The translations under genes were made by a program, and so were the position numbers. Shown piece by piece: positions 1 through 8,836 of a stretch of 64,000 nucleotides of DNA; position 1 is the stretch's first letter, and each line of letters begins with the position of its first letter. Origin of the DNA: an uncultured virus (IMG/VR IMGVR_UViG_3300044445_000196) (Duplodnaviria; Heunggongvirae; Uroviricota; Caudoviricetes); the IMG/VR virus record IMGVR_UViG_3300044445_000196. One strand, given 5' to 3'. The notes below the pieces were generated by a model. That model saw only the letters and a list, made by a program, of their open reading frames with translations, was not told the DNA's origin and did no database searches.

Positions 1-436
1 GGCTGGCCATCACCTCGCGCACGTCCCACCCGTGCCGTCCGCGGTCCATGCCATTCACGCGGAGGCGTTCGAGGTCCTCGGTGGCCTGCGTGACGAGCTC
101 GTCGTTCGTGTCGCCGTTGTCCCAGTTGCTGTCGGTGTACTGCAGGTCGATGAGCTCGACGTCGCCGGTGGTGGTGTTGGTGCCGTTGGCCGTGATGATG
201 GCGAGGGAGGGGTTCTCCCGGGCGTGCTCCGCGAGCGCGGCGAGCATCAGCTCACGTGTCTCGGCGCGCGTCATCGGGCGGTCGTCGCGGCCGGCGAGGA
301 CAGCATCCACCGCCGCGTGGTGGCTGGCGGGGGCGAGGGTCGCCTCGGGTGCGGTGTGCTGCTGGACGCCGAACTGGCCTCCGGCTGTGCGTGCGGTTTC
401 CTGCGCGGCTTTGGCGGCGGGGCTGATGTCGGTCAT
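1..436 (-). CDS. Tagged hypothetical protein, runs off window start
   Basis: Hand translation MTDISPAAKAAQETARTAGGQFGVQQHTAPEATL; class B motif at 444-453. Confidence 0.85.
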   Translation of the reverse strand, partial: MTDISPAAKAAQETARTAGGQFGVQQHTAPEATLAPASHHAAVDAVLAGRDDRPMTRAETRELMLAALAEHARENPSLAIITANGTNTTTGDVELIDLQYTDSNWDNGDTNDELVTQATEDLERLRVNGMDRGRHGWDVREVMAS

Positions 437-459
437 ACCGACCATGTGCGCGGCCCGCG

Positions 460-1266
460 TCAGGGCTGGGTGAAGCGGAGGGTGAACGGGGCGCCGGTGT
501 CGTTGCGTTCCATCTGCTGGGTCGGGTTCGTGTAGCGCGCAGCGGCCCAGAGCACTTCGTGGTCGTCGAGGACTCCGCTGCCGGCACGGTTTCGTCGACC
601 GGCGGTGGTGTGGATGGCGACCGCTTTGAGGCCCTCCCGGCCTTCCTCGTCCCAGTCGAGCTCGACGGCTGCGAAGCCCTGCTCGCGGGCCACCTGGGCG
701 AGGTAGCGGGTGGTGGCAGTGTCGATGTCCTCGCCAATCTCGCGGGAGCTGCGGCCGCGAGTGTTCGTGCGCCACTCCTCCTCGAGCGCGGTGATGCGGG
801 CACGGGTGCCTTCCTTGCTCACGTCGAGGTGCGCGTAGAGCCCGTCCAGCTGGAAGTCGGCGTCCGAGACCCGGCCCCCGAGGTCGACGGATGCCTCCTT
901 GTGGGAGGCCTCGGCGCTGTCTGGCATGTAGGTTCCACCGCGCAGGGTGCCGGTGTACTCGGCGGCGAAAACCACACCGTCGGAGTCCTTGGTGATGACG
1001 AAGCGGAGCGCGTCCGCCGTCGGGGGTGCATCGGCCCACAGCTGCGACACCCGCTGCTCGGCGATCTGCGCCTCCACCGCTTCGAGCTGCGCATCCAGAC
1101 CGGCGCGGACGGCGAGGAGGTCGTTCAATCGCTTCTGGTTCGGCGTCGGCTCGGTGACGATGAGCTCGGGGGCACTGTGCTCCTGTTGGCCGAACTGGCC
1201 GTTGGCGCGTCGGGAGGCTTCGACGACGCGGCGGTAGGCGGCGTCGGCAAGGGGAGTGTGTGACAT
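460..1266 (-). CDS. Tagged hypothetical protein
   Basis: N-term EASRRANGQFGQQEHSAPELIV. Confidence 0.85.
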   Translation of the reverse strand: MSHTPLADAAYRRVVEASRRANGQFGQQEHSAPELIVTEPTPNQKRLNDLLAVRAGLDAQLEAVEAQIAEQRVSQLWADAPPTADALRFVITKDSDGVVFAAEYTGTLRGGTYMPDSAEASHKEASVDLGGRVSDADFQLDGLYAHLDVSKEGTRARITALEEEWRTNTRGRSSREIGEDIDTATTRYLAQVAREQGFAAVELDWDEEGREGLKAVAIHTTAGRRNRAGSGVLDDHEVLWAAARYTNPTQQMERNDTGAPFTLRFTQP

Positions 1267-1280
1267 GGGGGTGGGTCCTC

Positions 1281-2339
1281 TCAGCGGGTGACGCCGTGCT
1301 CGGCGGCGAGGGCGGCGAGGGCCTTCTTCGCCTCGCCGGCGGTGATCTTCTCGGCCTTGCGTTGGCCCTTGATGGCGAACTCGCCGCGGACGTAGTCCAG
1401 GGGCAGGCTGTGCTTGGCGGCGACGGCGTGAGCGATCTCGTCGATGGCGCGGTCTTCGTGCTGCTCACGCTCGTCACGCTCGGCGCTGGGTGCGCCGTAT
1501 CCGCGCCAGCCGAGCTTGTCGGTGGCCCACACCACGGCGGAACGTTCGGTTTTGAACCGCTCGGTGTTCCGCCACGTTTCGGGGCCCTCGCCGTTGTCTG
1601 TGCGCACGACGAACTCGGAGCCGTCTTCGGTGAGTCCGTTTTCGATGCGTTTGGCGTCGCGGGCGACCTTCGCCTGGGCGCGCTCCTCGCGCTCGGCCTG
1701 CTGACGCTTCTCATCCGCGCTGAACATGGTGGTCGGGCGACCGAGCACCTCGACCGGCGCCGACGGGAAGCACGTTGTACAGGCGCGTTGACCGGCGGCC
1801 TCGACGATGGCATCCTCGTCCATGCCGGAGTATTCGGTCAGCCACGCGAAGCGCGTCAGCTTCCCCTCGCGGTTGCACGTCGAGCACGACATGCCGCTAT
1901 GAACGTGTCCTTGCGGGCCGGGAACGAGGAAGGCGCGGGTCCAGCCGCCGCGGTAGTCGTACTCGCCCTCGTAGTAGTCCTGCTCCTGCTGGATGGCGCG
2001 GACCTGGTCGCGGATCTCGGTGAGCTTGGCGTTGTGCTCGGCGATGCGGCGGCGGTAGTAATCCGCCTGCCCCTCGTATCGCTCTCCCGCCTTGTCGACG
2101 CCCGCGAGAACGTCTTCGTCGCGCTTCAGCTCCCGCTCCGTCCAGACGTACGGTGCCATCGCTTTCGCCTCGTCGAGCATCAGCTCGTTGAGCTTGCCGT
2201 CCACCTCTTTCGGTTCCCACGAGCTGAGGTCGGGGCCTGCGGTGAGAGCCATCTCGGGTGCGGAGTGGTCCTGGACGCCGAAGCGTCCGCTGCTCTGCCG
2301 GGCGTCTTCCCTACGAGCGGTAATGGTGCCGTCGTTCAT
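1281..2339 (-). CDS. Tagged protein with coiled coil and putative Zn-binding domain
   Basis: EDARQSSGRFGVQDHSAPEMAL; HVHSGMSCSTC...ACTTCFP. Confidence 0.85.
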   Translation of the reverse strand: MNDGTITARREDARQSSGRFGVQDHSAPEMALTAGPDLSSWEPKEVDGKLNELMLDEAKAMAPYVWTERELKRDEDVLAGVDKAGERYEGQADYYRRRIAEHNAKLTEIRDQVRAIQQEQDYYEGEYDYRGGWTRAFLVPGPQGHVHSGMSCSTCNREGKLTRFAWLTEYSGMDEDAIVEAAGQRACTTCFPSAPVEVLGRPTTMFSADEKRQQAEREERAQAKVARDAKRIENGLTEDGSEFVVRTDNGEGPETWRNTERFKTERSAVVWATDKLGWRGYGAPSAERDEREQHEDRAIDEIAHAVAAKHSLPLDYVRGEFAIKGQRKAEKITAGEAKKALAALAAEHGVTR

Positions 2340-2357
2340 GGGATGCTCCTCGAGGTG

Positions 2358-3572
2358 TCAGGGCCGGTCGTCGGCCACGACATCCACATGCGCGGCGAAG
2401 GCGGGCTTGTGGACCCCTGCGACCTTGTCGAACGACCCGTACCCGAGCTGGTCGTCCAGGCGCGCGGGCCGGTCCTCGTCCACACCGATGGTGTACTCCC
2501 CCGTCAGCTGCACGGTGTGCCCGCGGCCGTTCCACGGGTCCTGCAGCAGCAAGTGCGGTCCGTTCACTGTGACGGTCCGCGGGGTATCGCCGTGGGTGGA
2601 GTACGAGCTGAGTGCGAGCTCGTTCGGGTCGGTGTAGGTCAGCAGCCGCAGGCGCCACTGCTCGGCGGCCTGGTATTCGGCGTCGAGGGAGGTCTCGGCG
2701 ATGAGTTCGCGGATGGCGGCGGCGTTCTGCTCGTTCCACGGGACGCCGGCGTCGGAGAGGGTCTTCTGGAACAGCTTCTCCATGGCGGCGGTGGGGCCCA
2801 TCGGGTCCTGGGCGTTGCCGTCGCTGTCGGTGCAGTCGTGGCAGGTGGGGTCATCGCCCCACGTTCCGCCGTGGCGGTCGCAGAGGGCGTCGGGGTTGCC
2901 ATCGGTCAGGGTGTACGCCTCGCCCATCGCGGTGGTGCAGGTCGGGCAGACCACCTCGTCGCCCCACTTGCCGCCGTGGGTGGCGCAGGTGGCGGAGCTG
3001 ATGGAGCGGCTGGCATCCTCGAGCGCCTGGCCGAACGCGTCGTCGTCCGCGGCGGCGGGCAGCTGGATGAGGGCGGTGCGGTTGTGGGCTGCGAGGTCGC
3101 TCACGAGGGTGGAGTCGTCCCATTCGCGGACCAGTTCGCGGAGCTCGTAGGCGACGTCGTCGTCGAACTCGTCGGCTCGGCGGCCGAAAATCTCCTCGAC
3201 AGCTTCGTCGACACGGTCGGCGTAGGAGTCGTCGTCCTCGAACCGTTCGATGATCTCGTCCAGCGGCTCCTCGTCACCGCGGAGGTACGCGTCGAGCTGC
3301 TCGGTGGTGAGCTGGTCGTCGTACTGCACGTAGTGCAGTGACGGGCGCCAGGTATCCCCAGCGCTGTCTTCGATGTGCTGGCGGGCGTGCTCGAGCGCTT
3401 CGGTGTCGTCCGCCAGGGCGCGTTCGATGTTCGTCAGCGCCGAGGTGCGAAGGTCGGGCTCGGCGAGGACGAGCGTCGCTTCGGGGGCGGAGTGCTCCTG
3501 GGTCCCGAACTGACCGGCGGAGGTGCGCGCGGTCTCGCGCGCGGCGGCCGCGGCGTCGTTGATGGCGGTCAT
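2358..3572 (-). CDS. Tagged acidic protein with two CxxH-GG-x-WGD-x3-CxxC repeats
   Basis: ETARTSAGQFGTQEHSAPEATL; internal Cys/His repeats. Confidence 0.85.
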   Translation of the reverse strand: MTAINDAAAAARETARTSAGQFGTQEHSAPEATLVLAEPDLRTSALTNIERALADDTEALEHARQHIEDSAGDTWRPSLHYVQYDDQLTTEQLDAYLRGDEEPLDEIIERFEDDDSYADRVDEAVEEIFGRRADEFDDDVAYELRELVREWDDSTLVSDLAAHNRTALIQLPAAADDDAFGQALEDASRSISSATCATHGGKWGDEVVCPTCTTAMGEAYTLTDGNPDALCDRHGGTWGDDPTCHDCTDSDGNAQDPMGPTAAMEKLFQKTLSDAGVPWNEQNAAAIRELIAETSLDAEYQAAEQWRLRLLTYTDPNELALSSYSTHGDTPRTVTVNGPHLLLQDPWNGRGHTVQLTGEYTIGVDEDRPARLDDQLGYGSFDKVAGVHKPAFAAHVDVVADDRP

Positions 3573-3573
3573 G

Positions 3574-4524
3574 TCAGGCCTTCTTCCGGTTCGTGAGCCA
3601 GGCGTTCAGCGCCGCGGTGAGGGTGGGACGGTGCTTCTCCTCGAACCCGACGAGGGCCTCGTCGCCGGGGGCGATGTAGCCGTGGCTCAGGGTGGCGGTC
3701 GGGGCGAGCTCGCGGCAGATCGCCACCATCTCGGCGTCCGAGGGCGTTTTTCCACCGGCGGCCGCGGCGTACGCGACCGGGCGACCGGCGATGCCGCGTG
3801 AGGCGATGAGGTCCTTGTCGGAGATGAGGATGCCGGTCTGCTTCACGTTGGTCAGCAGCTCGTGGGGGTTGGCTTCCCAGAACGCGTCGTGCATCCGCCG
3901 GCGAACGATGGCGGGGGTGTACTCGTCGTCGGTGAACTTCTGCTCGACGGGGAGGTACACGTGCGTGTCGTCGTCATGGATGTCGCGACCGTCGGGGTTC
4001 TGCGCGGCCATGAGACTCATGAACGCCTCGCGGTGACCGGCGTAGCCGTAGTTCACCGGGTCGAACTTGGCGCTTGCGATGACGGTCAGCTTGCCGTCGA
4101 AGGTGTCGCGCCAGGTGTCGGCGTGCTCGTTCCAGGTCACATCGTCGTCGGGTTCAACCCATCCTTCGGTGGGCATGACGGCGTCTTCGTCGGGGTCGGT
4201 GTAGCTGGGTTCGTCGAGGACGTACGGGGTGAGCCCGTCGCCCTTGTTGAGGAGCGCGACGGTGTCGCGGACCACGTCGTCGCTTTCGTCGTCGGGTATC
4301 CGCAGGTGCGCGCGGGCGCCGGCGAGGGTGGTGGGCACGTACTCGCTGGCGGTGTCGTCGTAGAGGTAGACGACGGGGCGATCCGGACCGTCGGCGCTGA
4401 CGAGAGGCGTGCCGCCGAGATGGAGGGTCGCTTCGGGTGCGGAGTGTTCCTGCTCGCCGAACTGGCCGGTGCGCTGGCGGGCGGTCTCGCGCGCGTTCGC
4501 GGCGGAGTTGCTGATGTGAGTCAT
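3574..4524 (-). CDS. Tagged acidic hypothetical protein
   Basis: MTHISNSAANARETARQRTGQFGEQEHSAPE; class B motif 4532-4541 fixes start. Confidence 0.85.
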   Translation of the reverse strand: MTHISNSAANARETARQRTGQFGEQEHSAPEATLHLGGTPLVSADGPDRPVVYLYDDTASEYVPTTLAGARAHLRIPDDESDDVVRDTVALLNKGDGLTPYVLDEPSYTDPDEDAVMPTEGWVEPDDDVTWNEHADTWRDTFDGKLTVIASAKFDPVNYGYAGHREAFMSLMAAQNPDGRDIHDDDTHVYLPVEQKFTDDEYTPAIVRRRMHDAFWEANPHELLTNVKQTGILISDKDLIASRGIAGRPVAYAAAAGGKTPSDAEMVAICRELAPTATLSHGYIAPGDEALVGFEEKHRPTLTAALNAWLTNRKKA

Positions 4525-4543
4525 GTCGTTGATGTACGCGGGC

Positions 4544-5092
4544 TCAGGCGTTGTCGAGCGCGTAGTAGGCGGCGGTCTCGGTGGTTCCCTCCACCGGGAC
4601 GAACTCGAGCTCGTCAGTGGCGTCGATGTCGCCGCGGAATGCGCCGGCGACGCGGACGATGTCGCGCGGGTCGCTGCGGTACTCGCCGTCATCGTCGTCG
4701 TCGTCGCCGTACCGGTCCGCGAACAGCGCTGCGCCGGCGTCCAGGGCCTCGTCTTCGCTATCGGCTTCGACGATCTCCACCTCGTGGTCGTCGCCTTCGA
4801 TGACCCAGACGAGCGCCTCCCCCGGTTCCTGTGGTCGGGGCATCTGCTCGACGTTGGCGCCGTCCGCGGCCGCGTCCGCGGCGTGCGCGGCGCAGTAGGC
4901 GGGGTCGCGCTTGGAGCGGTGCCCGCGGGCGATGTCGGCGAGGCGGAACTGGGCCTGCGCGCCGCACTCGGTGCAGGTGGGGCCTGTGGGGAGGGTCGCC
5001 TCCGGGGCGGAATGCTGCTGAGCGCCGAACTGACCGGTGCCGGTGCGGGCGTTCTCGCGAGCGGTGACGGATGCGGCGTCGATGTGGGTCAT
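4544..5092 (-). CDS. Tagged acidic protein with small Cys/His finger
   Basis: ENARTGTGQFGAQQHSAPE; CTEC...YCAAH; poly-Asp; class B motif 5100-5109. Confidence 0.85.
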   Translation of the reverse strand: MTHIDAASVTARENARTGTGQFGAQQHSAPEATLPTGPTCTECGAQAQFRLADIARGHRSKRDPAYCAAHAADAAADGANVEQMPRPQEPGEALVWVIEGDDHEVEIVEADSEDEALDAGAALFADRYGDDDDDDGEYRSDPRDIVRVAGAFRGDIDATDELEFVPVEGTTETAAYYALDNA

Positions 5093-5176
5093 ACGCTCCA
5101 TGTGCGCGGCGGCTTCGCCACCCATGGATAGGCTCGGGCGATGCCGCTACGGGGCGGCGGAACACCTTGGGGGACC

Positions 5177-5857
5177 ATGCGCAAGACGACGTGGGCGGCC
5201 GCGGCCGCCGTGATGACGGTACTCGGGTTGGCGGGATGTTCGGCTCCGGCCGAGCCGGAGCCGAACACCGCCGAGGAGGTGGTGGAGGAAGCGCCTGTGA
5301 TGGACCTCCCCTCACCGACTCCGACGCCGGCGCCGACACTGTTGAAGTGGGAGGAGTTCCCGCCGCCGCCGGAGGGCGAACCGGTCTACGACGCCCAGGG
5401 CTTCGTCACGAAAGAGGTGGGTGCGCCCGCGGGTGTGGTGAACAACGACACGGGCGAGGTGGTGATGCAGTGGATGATCCGTGCGATCACCGTCGACGTG
5501 GAGTGTACGAGCCCTGACGCGGTAGCCCCCGCCAACGGCCATTTCGTTCGTGTGGACCTGCAGGCCCAGGCCTACCCGGAGCTGACGGCCGCGTACGAGC
5601 AGGGCGGTTTCACGCCGGATCTGTTCCTGCAGGCCTGGCAGGCTGCGGACGCCGACGGGGTGCGGGTGAACGCCGACCCGATCACACCCGCCGGTTTCGC
5701 CTGCCTCACCCCCGCGGAGCAGATCCCTAGCAGCGTCCTCCCGGGTCAGCGTGCGGTCGGCAGCATCGTCCTGGACCTGCCGATCACCGAGGGCGCGGTG
5801 AGCATGCTCGTCAACGGGTACGACATGGGCTGGACCTACAACCTCCCCAGCGCGTGA
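5177..5857 (+). CDS. Lipoprotein
   Basis: Signal peptide with lipobox LAGC, Pro-rich linker. Confidence 0.8.
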   Translation: MRKTTWAAAAAVMTVLGLAGCSAPAEPEPNTAEEVVEEAPVMDLPSPTPTPAPTLLKWEEFPPPPEGEPVYDAQGFVTKEVGAPAGVVNNDTGEVVMQWMIRAITVDVECTSPDAVAPANGHFVRVDLQAQAYPELTAAYEQGGFTPDLFLQAWQAADADGVRVNADPITPAGFACLTPAEQIPSSVLPGQRAVGSIVLDLPITEGAVSMLVNGYDMGWTYNLPSA

Positions 5858-5862
5858 ACGTC

Positions 5863-5899
5863 AGACAGCGCCCCGTGGGTTACCCACGGGGCGCTGTCT
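5863..5899. terminator. Bidirectional hairpin terminator
   Basis: Perfect IR AGACAGCGCCCCGTGGGT / ACCCACGGGGCGCTGTCT between convergent genes. Confidence 0.8.
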
Positions 5900-5911
5900 A
5901 TTGGGGGTAGG

Positions 5912-6523
5912 TCAGTCCTGCCCGAATCCGTAGTCGTTGAGCACGGCGTAGGCGGAGGTGAACAGGACTCCGTCACGGGTGGTGACGTAGGACGGGTCGG
6001 ATTCGAGCTGGGTGAAGACGTTGGCGGTGTAGAAGCCGCCGTCGGCGTCGAGGTCGTGGTCGGAGACGTGACGGAACTCCACCCGACCGTCTGAGAAGAA
6101 GGCGTCGGTGTTACCGAAGCTGCGCACGCGAACCTCGTTCCGCAGCGCCATCTTCATCTCGTCCGCTTCGCTCTCGTCGAGCTCCGCGAACGCGTTCTCG
6201 AACTGCTCGCTGATGTCGTCATCGGAGACTTCGTAGACGGCGCGGACGCCCTCGTCGGTGCGGCGGAAGGTGATGGTGTCCTCCCGCCAGGTCTCCTCCT
6301 CGGGGCGGCCGATGCCGGCCTCGAAGACGTTCATCTCGACGGGCTGACCGTCGGGAACGACAATCCAGAGGTTCGCGCGCCGGTCACCGGTGTTGGGGCT
6401 GTTGATGATGACCGGGGCGGCCTCGCTGATGGCGAGCTCGGGGGCGGAGGCGTTCTTGGTCGCGAACTGACCACCGCGGTCGCGGCGGACGTCGGCTTCA
6501 CGGAACGGTGCGTTCGATGTCAT
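5912..6523 (-). CDS. Tagged acidic hypothetical protein
   Basis: DVRRDRGGQFATKNASAPELAI; class B motif 6531-6540. Confidence 0.8.
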   Translation of the reverse strand: MTSNAPFREADVRRDRGGQFATKNASAPELAISEAAPVIINSPNTGDRRANLWIVVPDGQPVEMNVFEAGIGRPEEETWREDTITFRRTDEGVRAVYEVSDDDISEQFENAFAELDESEADEMKMALRNEVRVRSFGNTDAFFSDGRVEFRHVSDHDLDADGGFYTANVFTQLESDPSYVTTRDGVLFTSAYAVLNDYGFGQD

Positions 6524-6528
6524 GCCAG

Positions 6529-7638
6529 TCATGTGCGCGGCATCTCGTTGATGCTGCCGGGCTGGCGGGAGCGGACGATGGCGGCGTGGGCTGCACCGAG
6601 TTCGAAGCTGACGCTCCGGCGTCCAGTGCGAGCGGCGGCAGCCATGGTGGAGCCGGACCCGGCGAACGGGTCGAGGACGATCTGTCCGGGCAGGGTCGCG
6701 ATCTGGACGAGCCACTCCATGACGCTGAGGGGCTTCACCGTGAGGTGGGTCTCACCGTCGACGGTGAAGCGTTCAGCCTGCGGGGTGCGCCCGGTGTGGA
6801 AGAAGGAGCGGAAGAACCGGGACTTGCCCTTGTGCTCGTGCTCGAAGATCCCGGCGCTGCAGTCGTACGCGCAGCCGGCGTCCGTGTCGCAGCGCTCGGT
6901 GTGCAGGAACACCATGTTGTGGGGGTAGCGACCGCCGGCGTGCGGGGTGGACTTGTCCATGCCGCCGCGGACGTAGTTCATGACCCCGTCCTTCGAGGGT
7001 GCGCCGGGCACGCGCGATAGGTCGTCGGTGGTGGGCGTGTACGCATCTGCGAAGTTCAGGAAGCCGACGCCGTGCTCGCGGATGTTTTCCACGCGGTTGA
7101 GGCCTTTCGCGAACGGCTTGCGGGCGACGACGATGGGCTCGTAGGCGGGCTTGAACATCGAGTGGCAGTCGGTGTACTGCTCGGCGAGTGCGGTGTCACC
7201 GGCGCGGCGGAACTCGCGTTCGATGTTGGTGTCGACGAGCTTCTTGTCGGCGCGGGTCCACGCGAGGATGCTCTCCTCGATGACGAAACCGGCGTCTTCG
7301 ATAGCGACGGTGAGGCGGTGCACGGTCCGAGATGCGCCGAAGGCGATGAGGAGGCCGCCGGGCTTGAGTGCATCCATCGCATCGGCCCAGAACTCGGGGT
7401 CGAACGCGGGGTTGGTCTCGGCCTTGTCCCACGCTTTCCCGGCCTGGCGTCCGATGTTCAGCCCGTAGGGCGGGTCGGTGACGATGGCGTGCACGCTCTC
7501 TGCGGGGAGGGCGCGGACGTGCTCGCGGGCGTTGCCTTGCACGACGATGGGGTTCTCGACGGTGAGGTCGTCGAGGCTGGTCGCGCGGTGGAGTTCGGTG
7601 TCGTTAAGGATCGCCGCAGCAGCGGTAGTGGTGGTCAT
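6529..7638 (-). CDS. DNA methyltransferase (N6/N4, beta-type)
   Basis: TDPPY catalytic motif before DPFAGSGST SAM motif; H-x-T-V-K-P. Confidence 0.92.
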   Translation of the reverse strand: MTTTTAAAAILNDTELHRATSLDDLTVENPIVVQGNAREHVRALPAESVHAIVTDPPYGLNIGRQAGKAWDKAETNPAFDPEFWADAMDALKPGGLLIAFGASRTVHRLTVAIEDAGFVIEESILAWTRADKKLVDTNIEREFRRAGDTALAEQYTDCHSMFKPAYEPIVVARKPFAKGLNRVENIREHGVGFLNFADAYTPTTDDLSRVPGAPSKDGVMNYVRGGMDKSTPHAGGRYPHNMVFLHTERCDTDAGCAYDCSAGIFEHEHKGKSRFFRSFFHTGRTPQAERFTVDGETHLTVKPLSVMEWLVQIATLPGQIVLDPFAGSGSTMAAAARTGRRSVSFELGAAHAAIVRSRQPGSINEMPRT

Positions 7639-7729
7639 GCCGACCGTGTACGCGGCGGTCTCTGAAACCGTGCGGACCCGTCGAGGTGGGAAGCGTTAGA
7701 TACCGGCGGGTCATCACATCGGAGACCCC

Positions 7730-8016
7730 TCAAGCCAAGCTCGGCAGGGTCGAGCCAAGGTGTTAGCCAAGGCCCGAATCCCCGTTGCGCCGCGGAATCA
7801 CGCGGTTTTCAGCTCGCCTGCCAAGGTTGCCAAGTGCGTGGTAGGTATCCATAAGAGAAAAGAGAGGGAAGCTGGGCCGATTCTCTATCTCTCTCTCTTT
7901 TCTCTCTCATGGATTACCTACTACCTTGGCAACCTTGGCAGGGGGTGCTTTTCCCGCGTCTTTCCGCGGTGAAATGCTGCCAAGGTCACCTTGGCAGAGC
8001 TGGTCAACCTTGGCAG
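7730..8016. repeat. Candidate origin: GCCAAG(GT) iterons and long imperfect palindrome
   Basis: About 12 GCCAAG/CTTGGC copies; 18-bp perfect IR 7817-7834/7925-7942 around an AT-rich purine/pyrimidine core; intergenic between divergent genes. Confidence 0.65.
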
Positions 8017-8055
8017 CAGACACGCGTTTCGATGTGACCGCGCATAGCTCAGGGC

Positions 8056-8757
8056 ATGACCACCCGAACGAAAGCCCTCTCTATCAGCGCGCTCGCGCTG
8101 AGCATCATCGCGTTCCCGCATGCCGCTGCGGCCGCTGAGCCGACTCCCGCCCCCGCGACGGAGCTGTTCGCGTCCACCCTCGACGACTACACGTTGACCC
8201 CCGCGACTGACCTCGTCGTCACCATCGCCGCCAAGCCGGCCGCATCGGGGAAACAGACCTACACCGCTCCGGCGGAAACCATCCCGGCGCACGCCTCCCT
8301 CGACCGAGAGTCGTACTCCGCCGAACTGCAGCCCCGCCTGTCCCACCCGGTGGGCGGCTCCCCCATCAGCTCCTCCTACGGTCCCCGCGTCTGCGAGAGC
8401 GGCCCCTGCACCACCTTCCATGAAGGCGTCGATTACGCCGCCGGCACCGGCTCCCCCGTCCATCCCGTGGCCCGTGGCACCGTCGTCTCGGCCGGCTACG
8501 AGGGCAACTTCGGCAACAAGGTCGTCATCGACCACAACGTCAACGGTGAGCACTTCGTCACCATCTACGCGCACATGGACTTCATCTCCGTCCACACCGG
8601 TCAGAGCGTCGAACGATCCGACCAGATCGGCGGTGTCGGCAACACCGGCCGCAGCTACGGCGCCCACCTGCACTTCGAGCTCCGCCCGAACGGCGGCAGC
8701 TCAGTGAACCCCATCGCCTGGCTCGACGCTCGCGGCGTCCTGCCGTTCCCCGGCTGA
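8056..8757 (+). CDS. Secreted M23 peptidoglycan peptidase
   Basis: Signal peptide; HEGVD, YAH and HLH motifs. Confidence 0.92.
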   Translation: MTTRTKALSISALALSIIAFPHAAAAAEPTPAPATELFASTLDDYTLTPATDLVVTIAAKPAASGKQTYTAPAETIPAHASLDRESYSAELQPRLSHPVGGSPISSSYGPRVCESGPCTTFHEGVDYAAGTGSPVHPVARGTVVSAGYEGNFGNKVVIDHNVNGEHFVTIYAHMDFISVHTGQSVERSDQIGGVGNTGRSYGAHLHFELRPNGGSSVNPIAWLDARGVLPFPG

Positions 8758-8836
8758 TGTCACACCGCGCACCCGCCGCCGCGCATAGCCCTTTCGACGC
8801 CCGTGCGCACCGCACGGGTGGACGAGAGGAGCCCCT

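Noticed and set aside
443..445. Upstream in-frame ATG inside the class B motif as true start
   Set aside because: At 4532, 47260 and 48044 the equivalent triplet is ATC or ATT while the downstream ATG is invariant.
7730..8016. CRISPR array
   Set aside because: Repeats are 6-18 bp, in both orientations, with no regular spacers; the nearby nuclease is RecB-like with no cas genes.
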